64,000 nt of DNA, taken from positions 15,975 to 79,974 of the IMG/VR virus record IMGVR_UViG_3300033182_000678, one strand, 5' to 3'. Both the position numbers and the translations under genes were made by a program. This stretch comes from a virus. Below the pieces are notes generated by a model. It was not told the DNA's origin. It worked only from the letters and a program-made list of their open reading frames with translations, and searched no databases. Below, piece by piece: positions 35,072 through 44,187 of the stretch (the stretch's first letter is position 1; each line of letters begins with the position of its first letter).

Positions 35072-36339
35072 TTAAATTTCTCCGTTATATCTTTCATTTC
35101 ATGGTAATTACTACCCATTGAAACTCTTGTAGGATACTTTCCATTTTGTTCAAGTATCTTTTTTATTTTGTTTAAGTAATTTAATCCATCTGATAAATCA
35201 AAGTCAAATAAGAATGCATCGTAATTATAAAGAACTAATTTACTTTTATCATCTTGAATCTCAGGTAAAAGTTCTTCCAATATCAACATATTGTTTTCTG
35301 TCTCCATCAATTGAATCATATAATTAAATAATTTATTAGGATTCATATCAGATAGATTCTTCCTACTTATTTCTCTACTATAAATATCAGATTTTATGAT
35401 TTTATTCCCTTTCCAACGACTCCAAAGGTCTTGAACATACTTATCTACTTTACTGAAAAATGGATTATCTTTTATTTCATTTGTGATACCACCATACAAA
35501 TACTTAAATGTTAATGCCTTACCATCATCGTAACTTAATCCATAGGTGTCTGCCAAGTGTTGGTGAACACTACCATTTGGAAACTCATAACCTATTTTAT
35601 CACCAATCAATCTTGGATGATAGGCATCGTAATCAAACTCCACCAATACCCCATTTTTAAATCTACTTACAAACTTCTTTCTACTACCATCTTTTTTATT
35701 TAGTGCTGCAAAGTTCATACCACCAAATCTATTACTTGGACGACCTGTTGAAGTATAGGGATTATATTCTGAATAAACCAATCCATTTGTAGTTTGGATT
35801 CCATTATCCTCTACCTTAGATAAAACTTCTAAGATACTTTGGTCATAATAATCTTTGTCTTCCATGTATCCTAATAAATCCATAGATACCTTTGAGAAAT
35901 ACTCACCATGTTTCACCAATGGAATCACATCATTGATATTCTCTTTATCATAATGTGTTCTGTAATACCAATGGTGTGCATTGGTTAGGTGTTTATCCAT
36001 GTCGTATGGTTCATTTGTTTTCATGTAGTGACGCCAATTCATATCCACTAACCCAAATACCTTATCACATTCAATCATTGAGTTATGTAGGAATGACTTC
36101 ATATCACTCACACATACTTTACTATCCTCAACATCAAGTGTTTCTATAGTTCCGAACTTCTCATTATGATTAACAGGCACAATGTATTCTCGTAGTATTG
36201 TTCTGATATAGAAACAAGATACACGATTCTCTTTAGGATGTTTATTCACATCCGATAACATTTGTAAGTAGATGAAGTTTTGGGTCTTCAATTTATTTTT
36301 TAAAGACTCCCACTTCTCCTTAGAATTTATTATAACCAT
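35068..36339 (-). CDS. Compact family A DNA polymerase-like protein
   Basis: TSTGRPS, motif A EFDYDAYHPRL, motif B K.LTFKYLYG and motif C YNYDAFLFD. Confidence 0.8.
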   Translation of the reverse strand: MVIINSKEKWESLKNKLKTQNFIYLQMLSDVNKHPKENRVSCFYIRTILREYIVPVNHNEKFGTIETLDVEDSKVCVSDMKSFLHNSMIECDKVFGLVDMNWRHYMKTNEPYDMDKHLTNAHHWYYRTHYDKENINDVIPLVKHGEYFSKVSMDLLGYMEDKDYYDQSILEVLSKVEDNGIQTTNGLVYSEYNPYTSTGRPSNRFGGMNFAALNKKDGSRKKFVSRFKNGVLVEFDYDAYHPRLIGDKIGYEFPNGSVHQHLADTYGLSYDDGKALTFKYLYGGITNEIKDNPFFSKVDKYVQDLWSRWKGNKIIKSDIYSREISRKNLSDMNPNKLFNYMIQLMETENNMLILEELLPEIQDDKSKLVLYNYDAFLFDFDLSDGLNYLNKIKKILEQNGKYPTRVSMGSNYHEMKDITEKFK

Positions 36340-37227
36340 TTAACCTATTTTGTATTTCACATAAGTAACTATCTGTTCTGCAATGTTTGTTTTACAATAT
36401 TTATCCATACCCTCAAAACCAGGTGATGAGTTTACTTCACAGATTTTGTATCCACCATTATCAAATAATAAATCAACACCTGCGATATCTAAATCTAACA
36501 ACCTTGATGATTCACCTGCAATCCATTCTATATCTTCTGATATCTGAAATGGAATACCCTCACCACCACGAGTGATGTTTGCTCTAAAATCATCATCAGT
36601 AGATTGCCTCATCATACAACCCACTACTTTACCATTAATTACTAATACTCTTAAATCTTTTCCATAACTATCTTTCACATATTCTTGAATGATAATATCA
36701 TAATTCTCATTGGTGATTTCTGCCATTTTTAATAATTGTTTTAATTGTGTTTTGTTATCTGCCATAAACACACCTGCACCAAATGAACCACTTAATGTTT
36801 TGATAATACAAGGATACCCAATACTCTGTTGAATAAAATCTACATCAATTGGATGTTTCACCAACATAGTTTTAGGAACAGGTAGATTTGATTGTCCAAG
36901 TATTTGTTGAGTGTATAACTTATCTTTAACATTATCTATTGCATAACTTCCATTAATAAGTATCACACCGATTCTCTCTAAATGACGAATAATTGCCTTA
37001 ATGTAATAAGTTGTTCCACTACCTGTTCTTGGAATTACGAAATCTGGTAATTGTCTTGACTTACCTTTTACTCTGATACTCTTTCTATCTTCTCTATCCA
37101 CCAATATATCTACATCTTGTGGATTCACAACATGAATCTTGATATCTTGTTTCTCAAACTCCTCTACTAATCTCTGAGTCTCGTATGACTCATTGATGTC
37201 CTTTTTATATAATATCCATCCCGTCAT
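36340..37227 (-). CDS. rimK: RimK-family ATP-grasp alpha-L-glutamate ligase
   Basis: DKL.T.Q.L....P.PKT, GSFGAGV, QEYV, DLRV, FRAN..RGG, GVD and EVNSSPG. Confidence 0.88.
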   Translation of the reverse strand: MTGWILYKKDINESYETQRLVEEFEKQDIKIHVVNPQDVDILVDREDRKSIRVKGKSRQLPDFVIPRTGSGTTYYIKAIIRHLERIGVILINGSYAIDNVKDKLYTQQILGQSNLPVPKTMLVKHPIDVDFIQQSIGYPCIIKTLSGSFGAGVFMADNKTQLKQLLKMAEITNENYDIIIQEYVKDSYGKDLRVLVINGKVVGCMMRQSTDDDFRANITRGGEGIPFQISEDIEWIAGESSRLLDLDIAGVDLLFDNGGYKICEVNSSPGFEGMDKYCKTNIAEQIVTYVKYKIG

Positions 37228-37928
37228 TAATCTAAATAAATTTCACTCCATAGTTTTGTGGTTTCAGGAAATGTTTTCAACATAATCTCTTTTAATCCTC
37301 TGGCATATTCTTGTATCTCTACTTGTGATGTTGCCTCATCTCGTAGTTCAATAAAATTCATAATACTTTGAAATGATGCTGTCCACCAAACTTTTGTATA
37401 GACTGTTAATGGTAATATACTTCTGGCTTGTTCTTTTGCCATTCCCATATCTAATAGTTGTCTGTAACAAGAGATTGCAACATTCTGTCCCATTTCCCAA
37501 ACTTTTTTTGCATTCTTTTGATTCTCCACTAACCCATCACTTGCCTGTTTGTTATCTTCTGATTGTTTTCTAAATTCTGTTGGTTCATAAAATTCATCAT
37601 AAGGAACATACCTACCACTAATCTCATTCCATGCATGGTCTTTAGTAGGATGATTACTTGTGGTTTCAATACCTACGACATGTTTGTATGCTTGTCTCAT
37701 AACAAATTCAGGTGCCTTAATTATAAACATACAATGTTGATGTCTAAAAGGACTGAAATGTTTATGTTTAATCAAATACTTGGATAGTTTCCTATCTTTC
37801 TCCGTAAATGTTTCACTAAACCCATCAAACGAAACTCTCGCCGCATTTACTGGTGTTAAATCATCACCAAGTGTATCCACTAATTCAATATATCCTTTAT
37901 CCAATATATCAATTTTCATTTTGTTCAC
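37227..37928 (-). CDS. thyX: Flavin-dependent thymidylate synthase
   Basis: NAARVS, H.SPF, NEISGRY, EQAR.ILP and LR...Q.EI. Confidence 0.92.
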   Translation of the reverse strand: MNKMKIDILDKGYIELVDTLGDDLTPVNAARVSFDGFSETFTEKDRKLSKYLIKHKHFSPFRHQHCMFIIKAPEFVMRQAYKHVVGIETTSNHPTKDHAWNEISGRYVPYDEFYEPTEFRKQSEDNKQASDGLVENQKNAKKVWEMGQNVAISCYRQLLDMGMAKEQARSILPLTVYTKVWWTASFQSIMNFIELRDEATSQVEIQEYARGLKEIMLKTFPETTKLWSEIYLD

Positions 37929-38265
37929 TCCTAATTTTAGTTGCAGATATTTCTCCTATTTCTTTAGGTGGTTCATGTTCAATTATATCATAACCCACTC
38001 CTCTACCATAATTTACAGATTCAATATCTGGTATTATCATAACCTTTACTTGTCCAACTCTTATATAGTCTTGTAATTCTAAACTTATATTATCAAATAC
38101 TTCTTCACTCGTATATGGATTATTTTCGTCTGGTATCATATCACGAATACACACCAAAACATTTTTACCAAGTTTTAATCTTTGTTCAATCAACCATTGA
38201 TGACCTTTATGCCATGGTTGCCATCTACCTATAAACATTGAGTATTTCATCAATACACTCCTCAA
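37909..38265 (-). CDS. HxGH-type nucleotidyltransferase (cytidyltransferase-like)
   Basis: FIGRWQPWHKGH and ISATKIR. Confidence 0.8.
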   Translation of the reverse strand: MRSVLMKYSMFIGRWQPWHKGHQWLIEQRLKLGKNVLVCIRDMIPDENNPYTSEEVFDNISLELQDYIRVGQVKVMIIPDIESVNYGRGVGYDIIEHEPPKEIGEISATKIRSEQNEN

Positions 38266-38641
38266 TTGGTTTGTCTGTATTTATTTCTGTAAAATTTTCT
38301 GTTGGTGGTTCAAAAGTATCAACATGATATTCCTCTCGTAATGTTCTTGTTGAATTAAGATAAAATACATCTCCAAATCTCAAATCACGATAAGGTGAAA
38401 CTAACGATACCAATACACAATAACCCTTACTCTCCATGACCTTTGCCATATTAATTGCAAACTTAATGTTCTTTCTACGACCTTTTTCTGAATAATCTTT
38501 ATTATCTAAAATATCTCTTAAATCATCACCATCAATTTGAAATGTCTTTTCACAATACCCCATTGAAACAAGAGTTTCTGAAAGTTCGTTACTTAGTGTT
38601 GTTTTACCAGAACCTGGTTGACCTGTAAACCATAGAATCAT
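38225..38641 (-). CDS. cysC: Adenylylsulfate (APS) kinase-like protein
   Basis: WFTGQPGSGKTT, DGDDLR, YS..GR..N, VSPY and FEPP. Confidence 0.8.
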   Translation of the reverse strand: MILWFTGQPGSGKTTLSNELSETLVSMGYCEKTFQIDGDDLRDILDNKDYSEKGRRKNIKFAINMAKVMESKGYCVLVSLVSPYRDLRFGDVFYLNSTRTLREEYHVDTFEPPTENFTEINTDKPIEECIDEILNVYR

Positions 38642-38696
38642 TATAACCTCATTAATTTACTAATAAATATATTAATTATTTCTCAAAATAGATTTT

Positions 38697-41507
38697 TTAT
38701 GATTTATATTTGATTATTCCAGAACTATTAGTATATGTTCTACCAGTTTGCATTGCTTTTAATACATTGTCTTCATATTCTTTACCAGGATTAGTAACGG
38801 TAGTGTTTCCCTTTACAGATTTTGCAGAGTACTCATTGTTTTTACTCTTTAATTTTTTTGCAAGGTCTTTATATGCGTCATCTATACTACCAAAACCATC
38901 GTAATTTTTAATTTCAATTGATTCGTCATTATTATATTTTCTTCTTTGTCTTAATGCTTGAATATTAACTTGCATAATTGCCTCAAGTTTTGTGAACCAA
39001 CCACCAGGTGTAATATCATGTCCGATTTTTGTTATCATGAAGTGAGTTGCCTGACGATATATTTTTGGTAAATAATCCACTACAAATAAGTTACCTATTC
39101 TTAAACCACCAGTACCATCAATCGTTAAACTTAATCTTATTGGTATAGGTATTGTTGAAGAATAATATTTACCTGCCTCACGAACTGAACCTTGTGCCTC
39201 ATTAATTTTAAATAGAAAAACTTTTTCAAAGTATTCATCCATCTCACCACCTGTATCATATAATTTACTGATTTCTAAAGTTGGCCAATATAAGTATTTA
39301 CCTTCTTCTTTTAACTCTTTTGCAATCTCTTCTATCTCACCTGAATACTTATCATTTACTTTTTGAATCTTTTTTATTTTTTTTCTTGTAGATTTATCCA
39401 CTTCATCTACTAATCTAAAGTTAAAACCTTGTCCTGAAGTACTCATAAGTGGGTTAGGTTCAGATGTTGGTTTTATATTACCAGATTCACCATATTTGCT
39501 AATTGTTGAACCAGGTGTTAAGTTTTGTTCAATTGCAAAAACAATTTCTTTCATAACTTCGTCAGGTGTTGATTTTTTTTGAAGATTTTTAGTTCCTGTT
39601 GTATTAAATAATAATCCAAGTGCACGAACACCCAAATCATCCATACCATGTGGTGGTGAACCACTATTGTTTTCAATATTTGCCTGACCACCATAAACCG
39701 CCTGAACTGCCATTTGTGAATTCATCTTTACATCTAAACTAAAATCTTTCACTATTGACTTATCACTATAGAGTGGCATTAAGAACATTTTATTAGGATT
39801 TGTCTTACCTTTTTCATAGTTTAAGTAATCACCTATATTTTGTGAAGAATTACTAACTAAGTCTCTGTATCCTGTATCATAATCCAAATCAGTTGGTACT
39901 CCTGTAGACCCATGATACTCAACCATTCCAATTCTACCAGTATCAAAGTCATCATTAACCACATCAAATGACCAAAAGTTTCCATATAATGATGAGACTG
40001 CACTCCAAAAACTTTTCAGTCCTTGTTCTATACTTGTGATACCTGTAAAATGTTGTGTAAGAAATCCTGTAGGGAAAACCATATTTCTAATAACACCCGC
40101 ACCTGTTAGTGAATGGATTTTTAGGTGTTCTGATTGTTTTTTAAGCTCTTCATCTATTTTATACTCAAATGATGGAAAGTGTTTATCTATAGTTTTAAAT
40201 AATCCTATCACTTCTTTTTTACTGTCTGGTGGGTCTTGTTCAAATGTATTTTTACCAGGTAGAATACAGGTTGTTAATCCATGTGATACTAAAAATGGAT
40301 GTGATTTACAAAGATTATTATACTCTTTATATGTTCCATCACCATCCTCATCAAGAAAAGAAGTACTTCTAATTGATGTTCTAAATTTATCATCATATGG
40401 TTGGTCAACATCTTTACCAAATGAGTTTGCAGGTGTTTGTTTACTCATGAGTGAAAAATAATGATTCAAAACAATATCTTCAAACCAACCCCAACTCACA
40501 TATCCTCTTACAGGGCCACCCCATCTAAGTAAATCAATACCACTCCAATTAGTTACATGAAGTGCACCATTTTTATATTTGTAAGAAAATTCATCCTTAA
40601 CTGCCTTTTGTGAAGTATTTACGGTATAATCTTCAACTACCTTATCTAAATTTTCTATTACGGATTCAAATGCACTAAAGTTTCTTTCAAATCTTGTTAT
40701 TGTTTCTTTACTTACATTTTCACTCTTTGATGTAGATTCTGCGATTCTTCCTATAATATCATCAACACCACCTTTTTGTATGTGTTGACCTAATACATTA
40801 ATACCTTGAGATGCAATATCAAAACTACACTCATATATACCTGATGAATTTATATTGAATGAAAAGTTAACTATAACACCCAACATTCCATTATAATTAC
40901 CACTTGAAGTTTCATTAATTCTTGTTAATTGAGATTGCATATTAACAAATGAACTGAAATCTGTTTTTTCATATGATACACCAGTATCTATTTCTTCTGT
41001 TGAGTATCCAAATTCTAAAAATATTAAATTACCATGTTTTAAAAAACCCTCTTGTAATACTTCAAATTCTCTTGGGTTAGGAACTTGAAAACTTACGGTA
41101 GCTTTATTCATAAAAAAGTTTTTTGTATCAACACTAATATTTGTAATACCAGAAGCACCTCTAAATATTTCGTTTTTATCAAGTGTATAGATATTTCCTT
41201 TATTACTTCGTGATTTTAATGGATTTTGTGTTGAGATATTTTCTTGTATTATGGTTCCATCTTTATATGCAGAACTTAATCTCATCAAACCTAATTCTTC
41301 TAATGCCTTACCTTGGTCATCCAATACGAATCTTGGTGTAGTACATCTTGCCCACACTCCTTTTGTAATCATTGTTCCCCATGGTGAATCATTACTATTA
41401 TAGTCTGTGGTTTCAAGCATACCATTGACTTTGTTTTTTGATATGCGTTCCATTTTTTTTAAAAGGTTTTTTTGGACGAAGGGTGCTATGTTGGTTCTAA
41501 ATCTCAT
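38697..41507 (-). CDS. Large baseplate/tail-hub structural protein
   Basis: FLEFGY, NF.F....YEC, LSLTIDG.GGL..GNLF and FMITKIGHDI...W.T.L; position after the LysM gene. Confidence 0.6.
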   Translation of the reverse strand: MRFRTNIAPFVQKNLLKKMERISKNKVNGMLETTDYNSNDSPWGTMITKGVWARCTTPRFVLDDQGKALEELGLMRLSSAYKDGTIIQENISTQNPLKSRSNKGNIYTLDKNEIFRGASGITNISVDTKNFFMNKATVSFQVPNPREFEVLQEGFLKHGNLIFLEFGYSTEEIDTGVSYEKTDFSSFVNMQSQLTRINETSSGNYNGMLGVIVNFSFNINSSGIYECSFDIASQGINVLGQHIQKGGVDDIIGRIAESTSKSENVSKETITRFERNFSAFESVIENLDKVVEDYTVNTSQKAVKDEFSYKYKNGALHVTNWSGIDLLRWGGPVRGYVSWGWFEDIVLNHYFSLMSKQTPANSFGKDVDQPYDDKFRTSIRSTSFLDEDGDGTYKEYNNLCKSHPFLVSHGLTTCILPGKNTFEQDPPDSKKEVIGLFKTIDKHFPSFEYKIDEELKKQSEHLKIHSLTGAGVIRNMVFPTGFLTQHFTGITSIEQGLKSFWSAVSSLYGNFWSFDVVNDDFDTGRIGMVEYHGSTGVPTDLDYDTGYRDLVSNSSQNIGDYLNYEKGKTNPNKMFLMPLYSDKSIVKDFSLDVKMNSQMAVQAVYGGQANIENNSGSPPHGMDDLGVRALGLLFNTTGTKNLQKKSTPDEVMKEIVFAIEQNLTPGSTISKYGESGNIKPTSEPNPLMSTSGQGFNFRLVDEVDKSTRKKIKKIQKVNDKYSGEIEEIAKELKEEGKYLYWPTLEISKLYDTGGEMDEYFEKVFLFKINEAQGSVREAGKYYSSTIPIPIRLSLTIDGTGGLRIGNLFVVDYLPKIYRQATHFMITKIGHDITPGGWFTKLEAIMQVNIQALRQRRKYNNDESIEIKNYDGFGSIDDAYKDLAKKLKSKNNEYSAKSVKGNTTVTNPGKEYEDNVLKAMQTGRTYTNSSGIIKYKS

Positions 41508-41799
41508 TTAATCTATTTAATTCACTTATTAGTTCATCTATTTCAGTAGGAATAAATAGTTCTTGACCAGCGATGGGATAAATACTATCAGTAAATTTAT
41601 TTCTTCTTGCAATAATCCAATATTTGTCCACATCACCATAATAATCAAATGCAAGTTTAGTTAAGTTATCACCATACTTTGCGATAATTCTAATATCGGA
41701 ATCTTGTTCCTCAACTATTGGATACTTAGTTCTACTTAAATACCGAACTCCTGTATCTTTATCTTTTCTGATTGTTTGAAATCTATATCTTCTCATCAC
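41497..41799 (-). CDS. LysM-type baseplate wedge protein
   Basis: GDNLTKLAFDYYGD..YWIIA..N......GQELFIP. Confidence 0.8.
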   Translation of the reverse strand: MMRRYRFQTIRKDKDTGVRYLSRTKYPIVEEQDSDIRIIAKYGDNLTKLAFDYYGDVDKYWIIARRNKFTDSIYPIAGQELFIPTEIDELISELNRLNEI

Positions 41800-41805
41800 T
41801 TAATC

Positions 41806-44187
41806 CTAAAATGGTAAATCTTCTAATGGTAAATCTGCAGCAATATCTTCATCATCTGATGGAATTGGAATAGTAGGTCTTGGTGGTGGAGGCGGTGGCC
41901 CTGCTTTAGATTTTCCTTGTCCTAACCAAGTACCATAACTTACTTTACTACCATCAATATCTATTCCTTGTCTATCTGGATATTTTACTGAAGAGTTTTT
42001 AGGGTCTTCACTTCCAAATATACCAAACTTGTCTGAACCTACTCCACTATCTTTTAACCATGGAATATCATAATGTTTACCAAGTGTTTGTGGTATCTTC
42101 TTACCAAGATAAACAAACTCAAGTGATACATCTGCAACATGTGGATATTGAACTCCATCAGATATCTCCCATGACATTGTGTTATTGATTTGTACATTTA
42201 CACTACTGAAGTAACCAGGTGTATTGTTAAATAAATCACCAATGGTTAAATAAACATATGGTGCAACTGGTCTAACTTCTTTATCATCTGTTAAAAATTG
42301 TTTGAATGATGGTGTGGTTAATCCCTTGAGTGCATTTAACTTTTCCCATATAATAGGTACATCATTTCTTTTTAGTGCTGCGACTTTGAAGTTAAAAGAT
42401 ATGTTTCTTGTGTATCCTTGATAAATATGAACTTGGTCTGGTCTACCAATATATCTTTCTTGTGAATATTCTGCACTTGAGTTATCTGCAATATCTTCAA
42501 TGTATGCAGGGAATATAATCCACTTACCATTAACTGCATCTCTAATTCTAAATTTAATTAAATCTTTTGGAAAATCTTTATCATTTAATACTTTTTTAAT
42601 CTGTCCAAACTGACCTTGATATGGAACTTGTAAATCACCATCATCATGAATACTAACACCTAATTTACTAACACCGATTGCACCATCACTATTTTTGATA
42701 TATTTCCTAAGTTCTAATGTTCCTTTACTACCACCATTTTCTCTTGATGATAGATAATCAACACCACTCTTTACAGCCTTTGATGTTTCCTTATCTGTTT
42801 TAGTTGTGTCTTCAAGTGGTCTTGAATTAGATTTAAACTTTTTCTCATTTACTACCTTTTCATATCTTGGTGCATCACCCAATGGGTTTGCAAATAAACT
42901 ACCAAGAAAACCATCACCTAAAGGTTCATTATGTCTTGGTTCATGGAATATTCCTGTTGAACTTAAAGGTGTTGATAATGGATTGAAATTCTTTGTTTCT
43001 TTTCTTGGATTTAATCTTTGTAGTACGAATTGTTTTACATTCCAAACTAATCCTTGTGGTGATAATAAAAATTTACCAATTCTTTCCGCATCAGTTATCA
43101 TTCTATTGGTATAAGTAATAACTCCACCTCTGAATAATCCCTCATCAAATGCTGCACTACTTTCACCAGCACCAAAATCTCTTTCACCAATCTCTCTAAT
43201 CACAAATGGTTGTTGGAATGAAAATCCACTTTCGTCTCTCAATCCTTTGTTACCATTGAACTTATCATACATCTTTGTTAAAAATGTTTGAGATGCAATA
43301 GTTTCACCAACATATTGTCCAAATGGTAATTCAATATTACTTTTTACTCCTGAGACTGCAGAAACGGTTCCAATTTGTATTTGTTGTCCTTGACCAACTT
43401 TAATTGAACCTGCATTACCTTGGTCTATACTTGTTAAATTTACATCTAACATATTTCCAAGTTTTGTTTCTGAGGCTATTGTAAAATATGTTTCATTATG
43501 ACCATCGTGTGCCAATGGTGGTTCCGAATCTCTTCTTGGCCCATGAACTCCACCGAAATTAGTATCATAATTTTTAACACCTGCATTACTAAAAATTTTT
43601 ATTTCTTCATGATTTTGTGGATTATTCTTTGACCCAACTTTATCATCAAAAATACTTGAACCTTCAATATATTCTGTTGGGTCTTTCTCTTTTCTATTTA
43701 GAGTAAATCCTGTTGCATGAGTATCTTTAAAGAAGTTAACAGGACCAGGAAAGTTAACACCAATACTATATTTTGTACCAGTATTTGTAAACTCGGTTCC
43801 ATCTTTACTGATACCAATAAATTCTGTTGGGTCTTTCTCTTTTCTATATAGAGTAAATCCTGTTGCATTGTTATTATGAAAATAATCAACTGGTCCTGGA
43901 AATCCATCCAACTTAATACTTGATTGTGTGAAAAATTCTGTTGGGTCTTGTTCTTGTCTACCGATTGTGAATCCTGTTGCATTGGTATCTTTCATAAAGT
44001 TAACAGGACCTGGCCACCCATCAAGTCCAACTGAAGACTCCACTACATATTCTGTTGGGTCTCCAAAGTTTCTATTAGGTGTGAATCCTGTTGCATTATC
44101 CTCTCCAAAGTATTCACCATGTTTTGTTCCTATCTTTGAATAATCAAAAGAACTTAAATCTGTTTTTAATTTATCTAATAAACTCAT
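41806..44187 (-). CDS. Baseplate/tail-tube initiator-like protein with N-terminal repeats
   Basis: C-terminal FPAYI, YIGR....Y.GYTRNISFNF, P.VYLTIGD and WE; four ATGFT..DPTE repeats. Confidence 0.6.
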   Translation of the reverse strand: MSLLDKLKTDLSSFDYSKIGTKHGEYFGEDNATGFTPNRNFGDPTEYVVESSVGLDGWPGPVNFMKDTNATGFTIGRQEQDPTEFFTQSSIKLDGFPGPVDYFHNNNATGFTLYRKEKDPTEFIGISKDGTEFTNTGTKYSIGVNFPGPVNFFKDTHATGFTLNRKEKDPTEYIEGSSIFDDKVGSKNNPQNHEEIKIFSNAGVKNYDTNFGGVHGPRRDSEPPLAHDGHNETYFTIASETKLGNMLDVNLTSIDQGNAGSIKVGQGQQIQIGTVSAVSGVKSNIELPFGQYVGETIASQTFLTKMYDKFNGNKGLRDESGFSFQQPFVIREIGERDFGAGESSAAFDEGLFRGGVITYTNRMITDAERIGKFLLSPQGLVWNVKQFVLQRLNPRKETKNFNPLSTPLSSTGIFHEPRHNEPLGDGFLGSLFANPLGDAPRYEKVVNEKKFKSNSRPLEDTTKTDKETSKAVKSGVDYLSSRENGGSKGTLELRKYIKNSDGAIGVSKLGVSIHDDGDLQVPYQGQFGQIKKVLNDKDFPKDLIKFRIRDAVNGKWIIFPAYIEDIADNSSAEYSQERYIGRPDQVHIYQGYTRNISFNFKVAALKRNDVPIIWEKLNALKGLTTPSFKQFLTDDKEVRPVAPYVYLTIGDLFNNTPGYFSSVNVQINNTMSWEISDGVQYPHVADVSLEFVYLGKKIPQTLGKHYDIPWLKDSGVGSDKFGIFGSEDPKNSSVKYPDRQGIDIDGSKVSYGTWLGQGKSKAGPPPPPPRPTIPIPSDDEDIAADLPLEDLPF
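43660..44115 (-). repeat. Four ~40-aa repeats (GPV.F.D..ATGFT..R...DPTE)
   Basis: Visible in both protein and DNA (attctgttgggtct and atcctgttgcat recur). Confidence 0.85.
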
